Below, piece by piece: positions 8,466 through 18,036 of a DNA stretch of 64,000 nucleotides. Under the pieces are notes generated by a model. The model saw nothing but the letters and a program-made list of their open reading frames with translations, searched no databases and had not been told where the DNA came from. Numbering within the stretch: the stretch's first letter is position 1; each line of letters starts with the position of its first letter. Location of the stretch: positions 15,071 to 79,070 of the forward strand of contig JARLIM010000040.1 in assembly GCA_031291725.1 (NCBI GenBank). Reading direction: 5' to 3'. This stretch comes from Acetobacteraceae bacterium. Lineage in GTDB: Bacteria; Pseudomonadota; Alphaproteobacteria; Acetobacterales; Acetobacteraceae. The position numbers and the translations under genes were made by a program.

Positions 8466-9908
8466 ATGACGCAGGACAATACCGGCATTTCACTCGAAAG
8501 CGCCTTCAGCCACGTTCTCCGGCTTTATGAAGAGAAAGAGAACGTGCCGGAGGACCGGCGGCTGGGCGTGCTGCTGAACGGCAAGATGCCATTCGAGTGG
8601 CCGAAGATCCTGGCGACGGGGCTGAAATTTAACGAACCCATCGTCGCCGTAACGCACCCCAACCAAGGGCCGCCACCACCGCGGCGTCACGGGGAGACGC
8701 CGCGGGCCATTACATTTGGACCGCCGGTAAGTTATGTCCCGGAGGTTCCTTCAAATTTTCAACTCGACCGCCTGCTTCACGACGAGTTGCACGCGCCGAT
8801 GACCCAGTCGAATTGGGAAAAGCGAATCTGCCGGACACACCGTTGGCTCTTGGCCGCATTGACCGATGAACTCGCGCCGATCGATAGCTGGGGTTGGTGC
8901 ATGGCCAGATTCCCAGGCGACAAGTATAACTTTCTGGGAGAGCGGCGAAACGGCCCAGACGACGCGTATGCGGTCGATTACACCGGCTATATCGATCGAG
9001 ATTTTTGGCAACACGGTAGCATTTCATACAAGGCGTCCAGGGTGCTGGGTGGCGATCTCGATTGGTGCATTCCGATCGACAATGCGCTCTACGAGGGGCG
9101 GCTGAACGTTGAAGACATCAGGCTCGACAGGGAGCAATTTCTGGATCGGGTCGGCAGCACGCCCACGGGCGAAGTGGGCCTGCCGGAAGCCGCCCCATCG
9201 AAAGAGGTGGTGACGTTGTGCGGCCAACCCATCCACGGTTTGATGACTTGGTCCATCGAAAGACGTGGCCAACGTATTGATCTTCACACCGACCCAGACG
9301 CCGGTCTCGAAAGAGGATTGCGGGCCTTAGTTGTTCTGATCCAGAACCCCGGAAAGCGAGTGTCGAACTTCCTGATCGAAGGTCTCGAGCGTCGAGACTC
9401 GCATGGACGACAGACAGATCCAGCAAAAAACAAGGAAGCCGATGATCTCGCAAAAGAGATAGCCCCCTTGTCGCAAGATCTGCTTCTGGGCAGAAAATCG
9501 GTTGATGAGCTACATGAGCGGCTCAAGGAATCGATGATAAAATTGTGCCTGACGCCAAAAGAAATAAAAGACACCACAAAATATTTTGCGTGGGCCATGC
9601 TGTCGAGAGGCGACTTTGTAGAGAAAGGAAATTTGATTGGAAAGCATGCGAGACGAAATAGTCAAAATGTAATACCACAAATTAAAAAGGCACTAGATTT
9701 GATAGAAGAAAAGGCTGGGCTCGTCTGGGCGGCACTGGATGACAGCGCTCGCCAAGCGCATAAATTGATAGAAAATTTTATTCAAAGGGATGTGTATTCG
9801 TACAAATATGATCTCAGTCTTGCGGCATATGACTGGAAGGCGAGAGCGTCGTTTGGCGCCGAGAGCGCTGTCGAGAGCCATCAGGCGGATGAGCGCGCGG
9901 ACGGATAG
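8466..9908 (+). CDS. Hypothetical protein (480 aa), no recognisable domain
   Basis: Long ORF with coding-like composition. The 3' third is visibly AT-richer and predicted to be helical. Divergent from the polB operon. Confidence 0.65.
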   Translation: MTQDNTGISLESAFSHVLRLYEEKENVPEDRRLGVLLNGKMPFEWPKILATGLKFNEPIVAVTHPNQGPPPPRRHGETPRAITFGPPVSYVPEVPSNFQLDRLLHDELHAPMTQSNWEKRICRTHRWLLAALTDELAPIDSWGWCMARFPGDKYNFLGERRNGPDDAYAVDYTGYIDRDFWQHGSISYKASRVLGGDLDWCIPIDNALYEGRLNVEDIRLDREQFLDRVGSTPTGEVGLPEAAPSKEVVTLCGQPIHGLMTWSIERRGQRIDLHTDPDAGLERGLRALVVLIQNPGKRVSNFLIEGLERRDSHGRQTDPAKNKEADDLAKEIAPLSQDLLLGRKSVDELHERLKESMIKLCLTPKEIKDTTKYFAWAMLSRGDFVEKGNLIGKHARRNSQNVIPQIKKALDLIEEKAGLVWAALDDSARQAHKLIENFIQRDVYSYKYDLSLAAYDWKARASFGAESAVESHQADERADG

Positions 9909-10165
9909 CGAGCGAGGGTGATCACTGTCTTACACTCCGGGGCTCGTGAAGACAGCCGCCACCGACAGCCGCTTTGTTGTTCGTATGCGGCGATCGCCTC
10001 GATATAGGTGCACCATGACGGCTACTGCCGAATGTCGCCGCGGCGACATTCGGGGCTTCGACAATGGCGCTGCCATAATGCTCGACGATACCGGCTTTTC
10101 CGGAAGTTGCGGCACTTGAAGCCGGTTCGCAACTGCCGTCGGTGGATTGGCCGAGCATCCGGGGG

Positions 10166-10212
10166 TTGGGTGTAAACGCGCTTTCCTATTACCCCAGCCG
10201 CAGAATTACATC
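10166..10212 (+). repeat. Core motif copy 2 (att-like)
   Basis: TTGGGTGTAAACGCGCTTTCCTATTACCCCAGCCGCAGAATTACATC, in the gap between convergent genes. An upstream hairpin GAATGTCGCCGCGGCGACATTC (10030-10051) resembles the hairpin in the 309-bp repeats. Confidence 0.55.
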
Positions 10213-10298
10213 AATGACTGTGCCGTCCGGACAATGAGACTTGCGCTGTACTGTGTGAGGCGGCTGTACGTTTGGTTATGTGATCGCTTCAATGCCCG

Positions 10299-11018
10299 TC
10301 AATAACCCCACGCCTCGTGCCGAACCGGCAGCCGGTTCAGTTGCTCACGCTCAAACTGCCACTTTGGCATAAGCCGATCCATCAGAGCGACAAACCGCGC
10401 ATTATGCGTGGGCTCCAGCAGGTGCACCATCTCATGCACCACGATGTATTCCAGGCACTCGCGCGGCTTCTTCGCGAGGTCGGTGTTGAGGCGGATGTTG
10501 CGCGCGGCGTGGCTGCAACTGCCCCACTTCGTCCGCATGCGCTGAACGAACACGCGGTTGACCGTCACGCCCAGCAGCGGTTCCCACTTGGCGATCAGCG
10601 GCTGCACTGCCTCTTTGACCCGCTCACGATACCAGCCGTCCAAGACGGCTTGCCGGGCCTCCGGGCCAGTGCCGGGGCGAACCCGCAGCACCAGACGGCG
10701 GTGCTTGAGCTCAACTGACGGCGCGGCATCTGCCTCCACCACGGTGAGCAGATAACGCTTGCCCCACACGTAGTGGCTTTCCCGATCCAGATACTCGCGC
10801 GGCGCCTCGCGTTCTTGCGCGCGCAGTTTGCTCTGCTGCTGTTTGATCCAGCCAAGTTTGGAAATCGCGAACAGCCGGATGGTGTCGACGGTCATGTGCA
10901 AAGGTGCGGCAATCCGGACGCGTCCGGCCGGGGGATAGACGCTGAGGTGGACGTTCTTGATGTCTTTGCGGACGACTTCAACGCTGATGTCGCCGAGCTC
11001 AAGCTGGGTGTGCATCAA
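10299..11018 (-). CDS. DUF45 / YgjP-like zinc metallopeptidase (HExxH)
   Basis: WGSCSHAARNIRLN...YIVVHEMVHLLEPTHNARF. Its start overlaps the hsdR stop (ATGA), and it is the last gene of the R-M operon. Confidence 0.85.
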   Translation of the reverse strand: MMHTQLELGDISVEVVRKDIKNVHLSVYPPAGRVRIAAPLHMTVDTIRLFAISKLGWIKQQQSKLRAQEREAPREYLDRESHYVWGKRYLLTVVEADAAPSVELKHRRLVLRVRPGTGPEARQAVLDGWYRERVKEAVQPLIAKWEPLLGVTVNRVFVQRMRTKWGSCSHAARNIRLNTDLAKKPRECLEYIVVHEMVHLLEPTHNARFVALMDRLMPKWQFEREQLNRLPVRHEAWGY

Positions 11019-14000
11019 TATTCCGACTGCGCCTTGATGATGAGGAAGATGCGCTCAACCTCGCCCATATCCTGCAGTACGCCATACAGCCCGGCCATCA
11101 CCACGCGCTCCTTGGCCTGCACGCCCCGCCAGCTATCCGGCCGGGTTTGCTTGATGGTCTCGTCGATCCGCAGTGCCAGCTCGGCATTCTGGCCGAGGTT
11201 GTTGTAGAGCGCACGCTGGCCGGGGGTGTGGATAGTCTCCGGCGTGTTGTCGGCCTGTCCGGCGTCCACCTTCTTGGCCAGCTCGGCGATCTTGGCCAGA
11301 TAGGCCTCGTATTCAATCGCCCGCGCCTTCCTGGCCCGGATCACCTCGTCGAGCAGCGCCGACATGGCGTCGAAGAAGGCCGGGTCGTTGAGGTGTTCCT
11401 TGATGATCTTGCTGCGGACGTTGTTTTCAATCGTCTCGGCAATCGCATCCTGATTGCCCTTCATGCCGCCGAGTTGCGTGTTGATCGCGTTGGCGATGCC
11501 GGTTTTCACGATCAGATCGATCAGGCTCATTCCATCGAAGGGCGAAATTTTCCGCGGCTCGTCGGCCTCGATATAGGTGTCGATGAGGTGGCGCATGTCG
11601 GCCTCGTAGGCCTTGAGGTCGAGCGTCTCGCCGCTCGCCTTGCGCACGATTTCGCGCACGTTGAGGTAATGCGCCATCTGGCTCTTGATGCGCGCAATGT
11701 CGCCGGAGCTGTAACCCGCCAGATCGAGTTCGTCGGCGATGTTGGCGAAGGCGCGCACCAGGGCGACGCAGGCCTTGTAGAGCGCCGTGCGCTGCGGCTC
11801 GCGTTCCTGCAATTCGGCGGCGATCTCGGTGTTGCCGCAAAAATAATGGATGTGCTCCAGCTCGCCCTGCGGCGGCTCCACCGGTTCGCACAGCAGATCG
11901 AGCGTCTCCAGCGCGGTGTCCAGGCGTTCGCGGCCCTTGGTCAGCCGGTCCTGCACCATCACCTCGGGATCGACGCCGCCGGCGGAGTGATCCAGTTCGG
12001 AGGTGTAGACCGAAATCGCGTTCTCGACCTTTTTGAAGAGGTCCTTGTAGTCGACGATGTAGCCGAAATCCTTGTCCTCGCCGTCCAGCCGGTTGGTGCG
12101 GCAGATCGCCTGGAACAGGCCGTGATCCTGCATCGACTTGTCGATGTAGAGATAGGTGCAGGGCGGCGCGTCGAAGCCGGTGAGCAGTTTGTCGACCACC
12201 ACCAGCAGCTTCATGTTGGCGGGCTCTTTGATGAAGCGGGCCTTGGCCTGTTCCTCATAGGCCTCGGTGCGGTTCATCCCCGGCCGGTCTTCAACGTCCT
12301 TCAGCAGCTCGGTGTAGGTGTTGTAGATGATCTGCTTGTCGCTCTCGGTGTTCGCCCCGGTCTCCTCCAGCGTCACGTCGCGCGCTTGCGGGTTGTAGGA
12401 GGTGATGACGGCGCATTTGCCCTTGAACGGCGTCTGCTGGAACAGCGTGAAATACCGGCACGCTTCCAGAATGCTCGACGCCACCAGGATCGCGTTCCCC
12501 CGCGAATTGGACAGGCGCGGCTTGACGCTGAAATCGAAGATGATGTCGCGCACCACGCGGTCCATCCGCGACCGTGAGCTGAGCACGTGCTGCATCGTGC
12601 CCCACTGCTTTTTCAGCTCTTCCTTCTGCCAAGAGTTCAGCCCTCCGGTCTTGGATTCAAACCACGCATCGATCTTGTCCTCGGAGCCCAGCCGCTGGTC
12701 GATGTCGCGCGCCTCGTAGATGAGGTCGAGCACCACAGCGTCCTCCACCGCCTCGCTGAATTTGTAGGTGTGGATGTAGCCGCCAAATACTTCCAGGCTC
12801 GTCGCCTTGTCCTTCTTCAGCAGCGGCGTGCCGGTGAAGCCGATGAAGACGGCGTTGGGCATCATCGCCTTCATCACCCGGTGCAGCTTGCCGCTCTGGG
12901 TGCGGTGGCATTCATCGACGAAGACGAACACCTCGCCCACCGTCGCACTCGGCTGCCCCTCCATCTCCTTGATGAAGGCCTCGAAATCGTCGACGTCCTT
13001 GCGGCCGAATTTGTGGACCAGGGAGCAGAGCAGGCGCGGCGTGGCTTGGCCGAGTTGGCGCAGCAGGTCGCGGCCGCTGCTGGTGCGCTTTATGGTCTCC
13101 CCGGCTTCGGAGAACACCCGCTCGATCTGCTTGTCCAACTCGTCGCGGTCGGTGACGATGGCGACGCGGGCGTTCGGGTTGTTCTCCAGAATCCACTTGG
13201 CGAGCAGCACCATGACGATGCTTTTGCCGCTGCCCTGGGTGTGCCAGATGATGCCGCCCTGCCGCTGGCGGACATGTTCCTGCGCCGCTTTCAGGCCGAA
13301 ATATTGATGCACGCGCGGCAGTTTTTTGATGCCGCCGTCGAACAGCACGAAATCATGCATCAGCTCGATCAGCCGGTCCTTGCGGCAGATTTTCAGCAGG
13401 TATTTGTCGAGCTTGAAGCGGCTGTTGTCGGCCTCGTCCTCTTTCCAGGTGAGGAAGTATTTCTCCTGGGTGCCGATGGCGCCGTATTTCAGGCCCTCGG
13501 AGTCATTGCCGGCGAGCACGATCTGGTTGGTGGTGAAAAACCACTGGTTGAATTCCGGCAACTGGTTGGAGCGGTTCTGCCGGATGCCGTCGCCGATGCT
13601 TTTGCGGCTGTTCTTCAGCTCCAGCACGCCGATGGCGATGCCGTTGATGTAGAGCACCAAATCGGGCCGCCGCTCAAAACCGCCCTTGAGGGTGACTTCC
13701 TCGGCGAGGGCGAACTCGTTGGCCTCGGGGTGCTGCCAATCGATCAGATGCACGGTCTCGGTGGGCTTGCCGGCCTCGGTCTTCACCGGCACGCCGTAGC
13801 GCAGCAGCGTGTAGACCGCCTGGTTGTTGGCGTAGAGCGAGCGGTTGTGGTTGCCAGCCTCGGTGCGCAGCTTGTGCAGGGCGACGGCGATCTGTGCCGT
13901 GCTGACGCCGCGGCGGCACAGCCAGGGCGAGAGCAGGCTTTCCTCGATGTTGCTGTTGTCGCGGTCGGTCCAGTCGCCGAGGAAGCGGTAGCCGAGTTCG

Positions 14001-14062
14001 TCGCGGAACAGCGCGATCACTCGGTTCTGCGTGGCGCGCTCGGGCTGGCCGATGAGGCTCAT
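11015..14062 (-). CDS. hsdR: Type I restriction enzyme R subunit
   Basis: N-terminal nuclease region (DLVLYINGIAIGVLELK). SF2 helicase motifs HTQGSGKS, VFVDECHRTQ, GFTGTP and ICRTNR. ATG at 14062 is preceded by GAGGGA. Confidence 0.92.
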   Translation of the reverse strand: MSLIGQPERATQNRVIALFRDELGYRFLGDWTDRDNSNIEESLLSPWLCRRGVSTAQIAVALHKLRTEAGNHNRSLYANNQAVYTLLRYGVPVKTEAGKPTETVHLIDWQHPEANEFALAEEVTLKGGFERRPDLVLYINGIAIGVLELKNSRKSIGDGIRQNRSNQLPEFNQWFFTTNQIVLAGNDSEGLKYGAIGTQEKYFLTWKEDEADNSRFKLDKYLLKICRKDRLIELMHDFVLFDGGIKKLPRVHQYFGLKAAQEHVRQRQGGIIWHTQGSGKSIVMVLLAKWILENNPNARVAIVTDRDELDKQIERVFSEAGETIKRTSSGRDLLRQLGQATPRLLCSLVHKFGRKDVDDFEAFIKEMEGQPSATVGEVFVFVDECHRTQSGKLHRVMKAMMPNAVFIGFTGTPLLKKDKATSLEVFGGYIHTYKFSEAVEDAVVLDLIYEARDIDQRLGSEDKIDAWFESKTGGLNSWQKEELKKQWGTMQHVLSSRSRMDRVVRDIIFDFSVKPRLSNSRGNAILVASSILEACRYFTLFQQTPFKGKCAVITSYNPQARDVTLEETGANTESDKQIIYNTYTELLKDVEDRPGMNRTEAYEEQAKARFIKEPANMKLLVVVDKLLTGFDAPPCTYLYIDKSMQDHGLFQAICRTNRLDGEDKDFGYIVDYKDLFKKVENAISVYTSELDHSAGGVDPEVMVQDRLTKGRERLDTALETLDLLCEPVEPPQGELEHIHYFCGNTEIAAELQEREPQRTALYKACVALVRAFANIADELDLAGYSSGDIARIKSQMAHYLNVREIVRKASGETLDLKAYEADMRHLIDTYIEADEPRKISPFDGMSLIDLIVKTGIANAINTQLGGMKGNQDAIAETIENNVRSKIIKEHLNDPAFFDAMSALLDEVIRARKARAIEYEAYLAKIAELAKKVDAGQADNTPETIHTPGQRALYNNLGQNAELALRIDETIKQTRPDSWRGVQAKERVVMAGLYGVLQDMGEVERIFLIIKAQSEY

Positions 14063-14064
14063 GC

Positions 14065-14514
14065 TCAATCCCTCATGCTGGATTGGTCGAGGAAGGCTTC
14101 GATGCGTCGGTTCGACCAGCGCCCCGCCTTGGCGTAAACGTATTCGTGGGCGAGGTAATTTACGATGTCGTCGTTGAAGACCGGATAATCGTCGCGCTCC
14201 TCCGGTTCTTCGCAATCCCAATCGCTGCCCTGATCGGTCTGCAACCACAAGGCTTCGCGCTCATGTTTGGGCAGTTCGGCGACATAGGCGGCCAGGAGGG
14301 AGCGGACAGTGTCGTCATATGCGCCCCAGGCGAACGATTCTTCGTATTGCACCTGAACGCAGATCTCATCCCAAACCGTCTCCAGGCCGGTGCCGTCGCC
14401 CGAGGTGGTTTCTTTGCATTGCTGCAGAGCCCGGACAATCTTGCGGGTGATGCGCTGAGCGGCATGTTCCGCGACGGCGCGAACAATCACGGTTTCGCTC
14501 AGCTTTTCCGTCAT
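14065..14514 (-). CDS. Hypothetical acidic protein (149 aa) embedded between hsdS and hsdR
   Basis: ATGA overlap with the hsdS stop, and it ends 2 nt before the hsdR start. No recognisable motif. Confidence 0.65.
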   Translation of the reverse strand: MTEKLSETVIVRAVAEHAAQRITRKIVRALQQCKETTSGDGTGLETVWDEICVQVQYEESFAWGAYDDTVRSLLAAYVAELPKHEREALWLQTDQGSDWDCEEPEERDDYPVFNDDIVNYLAHEYVYAKAGRWSNRRIEAFLDQSSMRD

Positions 14515-15635
14515 ACGAGGCGAATCCTGCCGGTGAGGAGTTCCTGCATCATGCCCTGCTTGATGGCGCGGGCTTTGGTGAGTTTCGCGTCGAGGGCGGT
14601 GAGTTCGCTATCCATGTCGGAAAGTGCAATGGCAATAGATTGCTGCTCCGCCTTCGACTCAGGTAGAGGGATTTTTACGCTTTTCATCACGTCATTCATA
14701 AGCTTGGGGTTGCCTAAGTGACGCGACACGTGACGTTTGGCGATGGTTCCCAGAACGCTTGCCACAAATGAATGGTCGTCTGAATGAAGCTTGATCGTTC
14801 CGCACACATTTGTACAGTTAAATCGACCGTTTCGATAGAATACGGTGCCAGCGTTGGCTCCATCCGTCGTCCACGTTATGTATTCTCCATCAAATGAATA
14901 TGTATCAAGGTATCCCATAACGCCATCATTCGATGTTTGTGAGGAATACACCGGATAAATCGGGTTAACCGATCGGCCAATCTCTTTGTGGTTTATGACT
15001 CTCCCGCGTCCGACTTCGGAGAGTTCTCCAATGGTTTCCAAGCGCCAATCGCTTGGGATCTTGCCAATCTCAGTTGGCTTAAATCCTGATCTGGCCCCAA
15101 ACCCCGGCAGGCGGCGCTTGCCGGTGAGGAGTTCCTGCATGGCGCCTTGTTTGATGAGGCGTTTCTTGGCGAGGAGTTGCTCCAGGGATTCGATCAGCGC
15201 ATCCGCATCACTCAACGCCTCGGCAATGGCTTCTTGTTCGGCTTTGGTGGGTGGGAAGCGGATAGATATTTCATGAAGGTCGTTTCTATTGACACCCGGC
15301 ACGCCGCTCTTGCCGCTGTGCATATGGAAATCAATTGTGCGGAGTAAACTCGCGACGAAGAGCGGGCTGTTGCCGTGAAAATCTCTGACGTAGAGCGTTG
15401 TATTGAGAGGCCAAAAATCTTCTTCAACAAAAAAGACTTGCCCGATTGTTCCATATCGGCCAGTCACAACGCCTGGAGCTTTAACTTTCGCTTCTGAGTG
15501 TCGTTCCTCAATTCCCGATGAAGTAACAATTGGAACGTCGCCCGGTTTGCGCAGACGTTTCGGGAGATCGAAGCCACGTTGAAGCGTGGCGACGTTTCCA
15601 AGAACATCAGTCTTCCATTGTCCGGCCACCGTCAA
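14511..15635 (-). CDS. hsdS: Type I R-M specificity subunit
   Basis: Two target-recognition halves, each followed by the conserved helical spacer (LLAKKRLIKQGAMQELLTGKRRLPGF and LTKARAIKQGMMQELLTGRIRL). AT-richer than the flanks. TTG start overlaps the hsdM stop. Confidence 0.9.
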   Translation of the reverse strand: MTVAGQWKTDVLGNVATLQRGFDLPKRLRKPGDVPIVTSSGIEERHSEAKVKAPGVVTGRYGTIGQVFFVEEDFWPLNTTLYVRDFHGNSPLFVASLLRTIDFHMHSGKSGVPGVNRNDLHEISIRFPPTKAEQEAIAEALSDADALIESLEQLLAKKRLIKQGAMQELLTGKRRLPGFGARSGFKPTEIGKIPSDWRLETIGELSEVGRGRVINHKEIGRSVNPIYPVYSSQTSNDGVMGYLDTYSFDGEYITWTTDGANAGTVFYRNGRFNCTNVCGTIKLHSDDHSFVASVLGTIAKRHVSRHLGNPKLMNDVMKSVKIPLPESKAEQQSIAIALSDMDSELTALDAKLTKARAIKQGMMQELLTGRIRLV

Positions 15636-18022
15636 AATCCCATCCGCGCCAAGTGTCCGTTCACTTTGGCTTCGATGTCGGCCAAGCGGGTCGCCATCTG
15701 CGGCAATGCAGTCTCATAGCGTTCGCCGAGTTCACGCACCCGCCGCGTCAACTCCTGGCTCACTCGATCCAGTTCGCCGTGCACGGCAGCCTCCAGCGCC
15801 CCCAGCCACTTGTCATCCACCGCCAACGCCTTGATCTCGGCCGTGGTCAGCTTGGGATATTTCGCGTAGGCCTTGGCGTCGAGCGCCGCCTCGGCCTCCT
15901 TGAGCTGCCGCTTCAAATCGGCTTCGTCACCGCTCAACTCTAGCCATTCCTTCAGTGCTGCGGCCTCGTCCCGCGCCTCCTTGTCGCCCCGGATTTCCCG
16001 CAGACGCGCGGCGACGTTGGCTTTGTTGATCTTCTCCAATTCGGAGAATAGCCCGTCCTCGCCGCCATGCTCTTCCTCCAACTCGACGAGCTTGGCGCTG
16101 ACGGCTTCCAGTTCGGCGGCGATGGCGTCGATGGCTTTCTGCTCCTTCGCGAAGAAGCGCGCGACGATGAGCGGCTTGGGGATCAGGTCGCAGGCCCAGC
16201 CTTTGTCCTTTTCCTTGCCCTGCTTGTTCTTCTCGATGACGCGATAGGTCTCGGCCCGCCAGCCATCGGCGGCGATCAGATAGAGATCGTCCTGCATGGT
16301 CTCGGCCCAGTAATCCATCAGGTGCTGATAGATGTCATACGGGTCGATCAGCGCGCGACCGGCATAATGGCCGAGCAGATCCTCGCCCAGTTCGGCGATC
16401 ACCTGCTTGGGGTGGCAACCCGGCGTGAGCGCCTTCAACGCGGTGGCGGCGCGTTCGCGCCAGATGGCGAAATGCGCGGCCATGCCCTCGGTGAAGCCGA
16501 CGAATTCGGGGTGCTGGTAGATCGCCGCCTTGATGGTGGATTTCTCAACCGCAAGGTCGAGATAGCCCGGCCGGTTCGGCTTGAACAATGCGGCGCGCAG
16601 GCCGGGGCAGACCTGCCAATAGGCGCTGAGCGCCTCGATATCCGCCTCGGGAATGCCGCCGCGCAGATGCGCCTCGATATCCTGGCGGTCTTCCGGGATC
16701 TGGCTGTCGATGTAGCGCGGCAAATTGAGGTTGAAGTCGTTCTTCTCGATCTCGTCGATGCCGACCACGCGCGAGTAGCGCGGCAGGGCGAGCTGCCGGG
16801 TGAAGGCGTCGACGATCTTATGGATGTCCTGATCGCGCAGCCGGTTCTTCGGGCCGTCCTTGATGAAGCCGGCGCTGGCGTCGATCATGAAGATGCCGCG
16901 CCGGGCTTGGGCGTCGTGCTTGTCGATGACGACGATGCAGGCCGGGATGCCGGTGCCGTAGAACAGATTGGCGGGCAGGCCGATGATCGCCTTGATGTAG
17001 CCGCGCTTGATCAGGTTGCGGCGGATATCGGCCTCGGCATTGCCGCGGAACAGCACGCCGTGCGGCATAATGCAGGCGCCGCGCCCGGTGCTTTTCAGCG
17101 AGCGGACGATGTGCAGCAGATAGGCGTAATCGCCCTGCTTGCCCGGCGGCGTGCCGAAAGTCTGGAAGCGCCCGTGCGGGTCGTGCAGCGGGTCGATCCC
17201 GGTGCTCCAACGCTTGTCGGAGAAGGGCGGGTTGGCGACGACGTAATCGAAGGTCTTCAGCGCATCGCCATCCTTGAATTTCGGATCGGCCAGCGTGTTG
17301 CCCTGCACGATCAAGGCGGTGGGGTTGTCGTGCAGGATCATGTTCATCCGCGCCAGACCGCTGGTGGCGGCGTCTTTCTCCTGGCCATACATCGTCACCG
17401 GCGTGCGCGCGGCGTCGGCGACCTTGAGCAGCAGCGAGCCGGAGCCGCAGGTGGGATCGTAGACCGTGGTGGCGTTGCTGGTCTCGGCCTCATGGATGCC
17501 GAGCACCTGCGCGATGATCCTGCTGACCTCGGCCGGGGTGTAGAACTGCCCCTTGCTCTTGCCGCTCTCGGTGGCGAAATGGCGCATGAGGTATTCGTAA
17601 GCGTCACCGAGGATATCGTCGCCGTCGGCGCGGTTCTTGGAGAAATCGAGCGCGGGGTTCTCGAAGATGGCGATCAGGTTGGTCAGCCGCTCGACTTTTT
17701 CTTTGCCGCTGCCGAGCTTGGCGTCTTCGTTGAAGTCGGGGAAGTCGGATAGCTGGTTGGCGTCCGCGAGCGGGGCGATGATCTTCTTGTTGATCTGATC
17801 ACCGATGTCGGGCGTGCCCTTCAGCGCCACCATGTCCTTGAATCCGGCGCCGGCCGGGATGGTGATCGGGGCGAAGGGCTGGCCGGCGTATTTGTCGCTG
17901 ACGTATTTGATGAAGAGCAGGACGAGGACGTAATCCTTGTACTGGCTGGCATCCATGCCACCGCGCAGCTCATCGCAACCCTGCCAGAGGGAGGAATAGA
18001 GCTCGGATTTCTTGATGGCCAT
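15632..18022 (-). CDS. hsdM: Type I R-M N6-adenine DNA methyltransferase subunit, long form (796 aa)
   Basis: HsdM N-terminal domain (LWQGCDELRG...YKDYVLVLLFIKYVSD). AdoMet motif VYDPTCGSGSLL and catalytic VVANPPFS. C-terminal coiled-coil-like extension. Confidence 0.92.
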   Translation of the reverse strand: MAIKKSELYSSLWQGCDELRGGMDASQYKDYVLVLLFIKYVSDKYAGQPFAPITIPAGAGFKDMVALKGTPDIGDQINKKIIAPLADANQLSDFPDFNEDAKLGSGKEKVERLTNLIAIFENPALDFSKNRADGDDILGDAYEYLMRHFATESGKSKGQFYTPAEVSRIIAQVLGIHEAETSNATTVYDPTCGSGSLLLKVADAARTPVTMYGQEKDAATSGLARMNMILHDNPTALIVQGNTLADPKFKDGDALKTFDYVVANPPFSDKRWSTGIDPLHDPHGRFQTFGTPPGKQGDYAYLLHIVRSLKSTGRGACIMPHGVLFRGNAEADIRRNLIKRGYIKAIIGLPANLFYGTGIPACIVVIDKHDAQARRGIFMIDASAGFIKDGPKNRLRDQDIHKIVDAFTRQLALPRYSRVVGIDEIEKNDFNLNLPRYIDSQIPEDRQDIEAHLRGGIPEADIEALSAYWQVCPGLRAALFKPNRPGYLDLAVEKSTIKAAIYQHPEFVGFTEGMAAHFAIWRERAATALKALTPGCHPKQVIAELGEDLLGHYAGRALIDPYDIYQHLMDYWAETMQDDLYLIAADGWRAETYRVIEKNKQGKEKDKGWACDLIPKPLIVARFFAKEQKAIDAIAAELEAVSAKLVELEEEHGGEDGLFSELEKINKANVAARLREIRGDKEARDEAAALKEWLELSGDEADLKRQLKEAEAALDAKAYAKYPKLTTAEIKALAVDDKWLGALEAAVHGELDRVSQELTRRVRELGERYETALPQMATRLADIEAKVNGHLARMGF

Positions 18023-18036
18023 CGTCAGTCCTTGCG

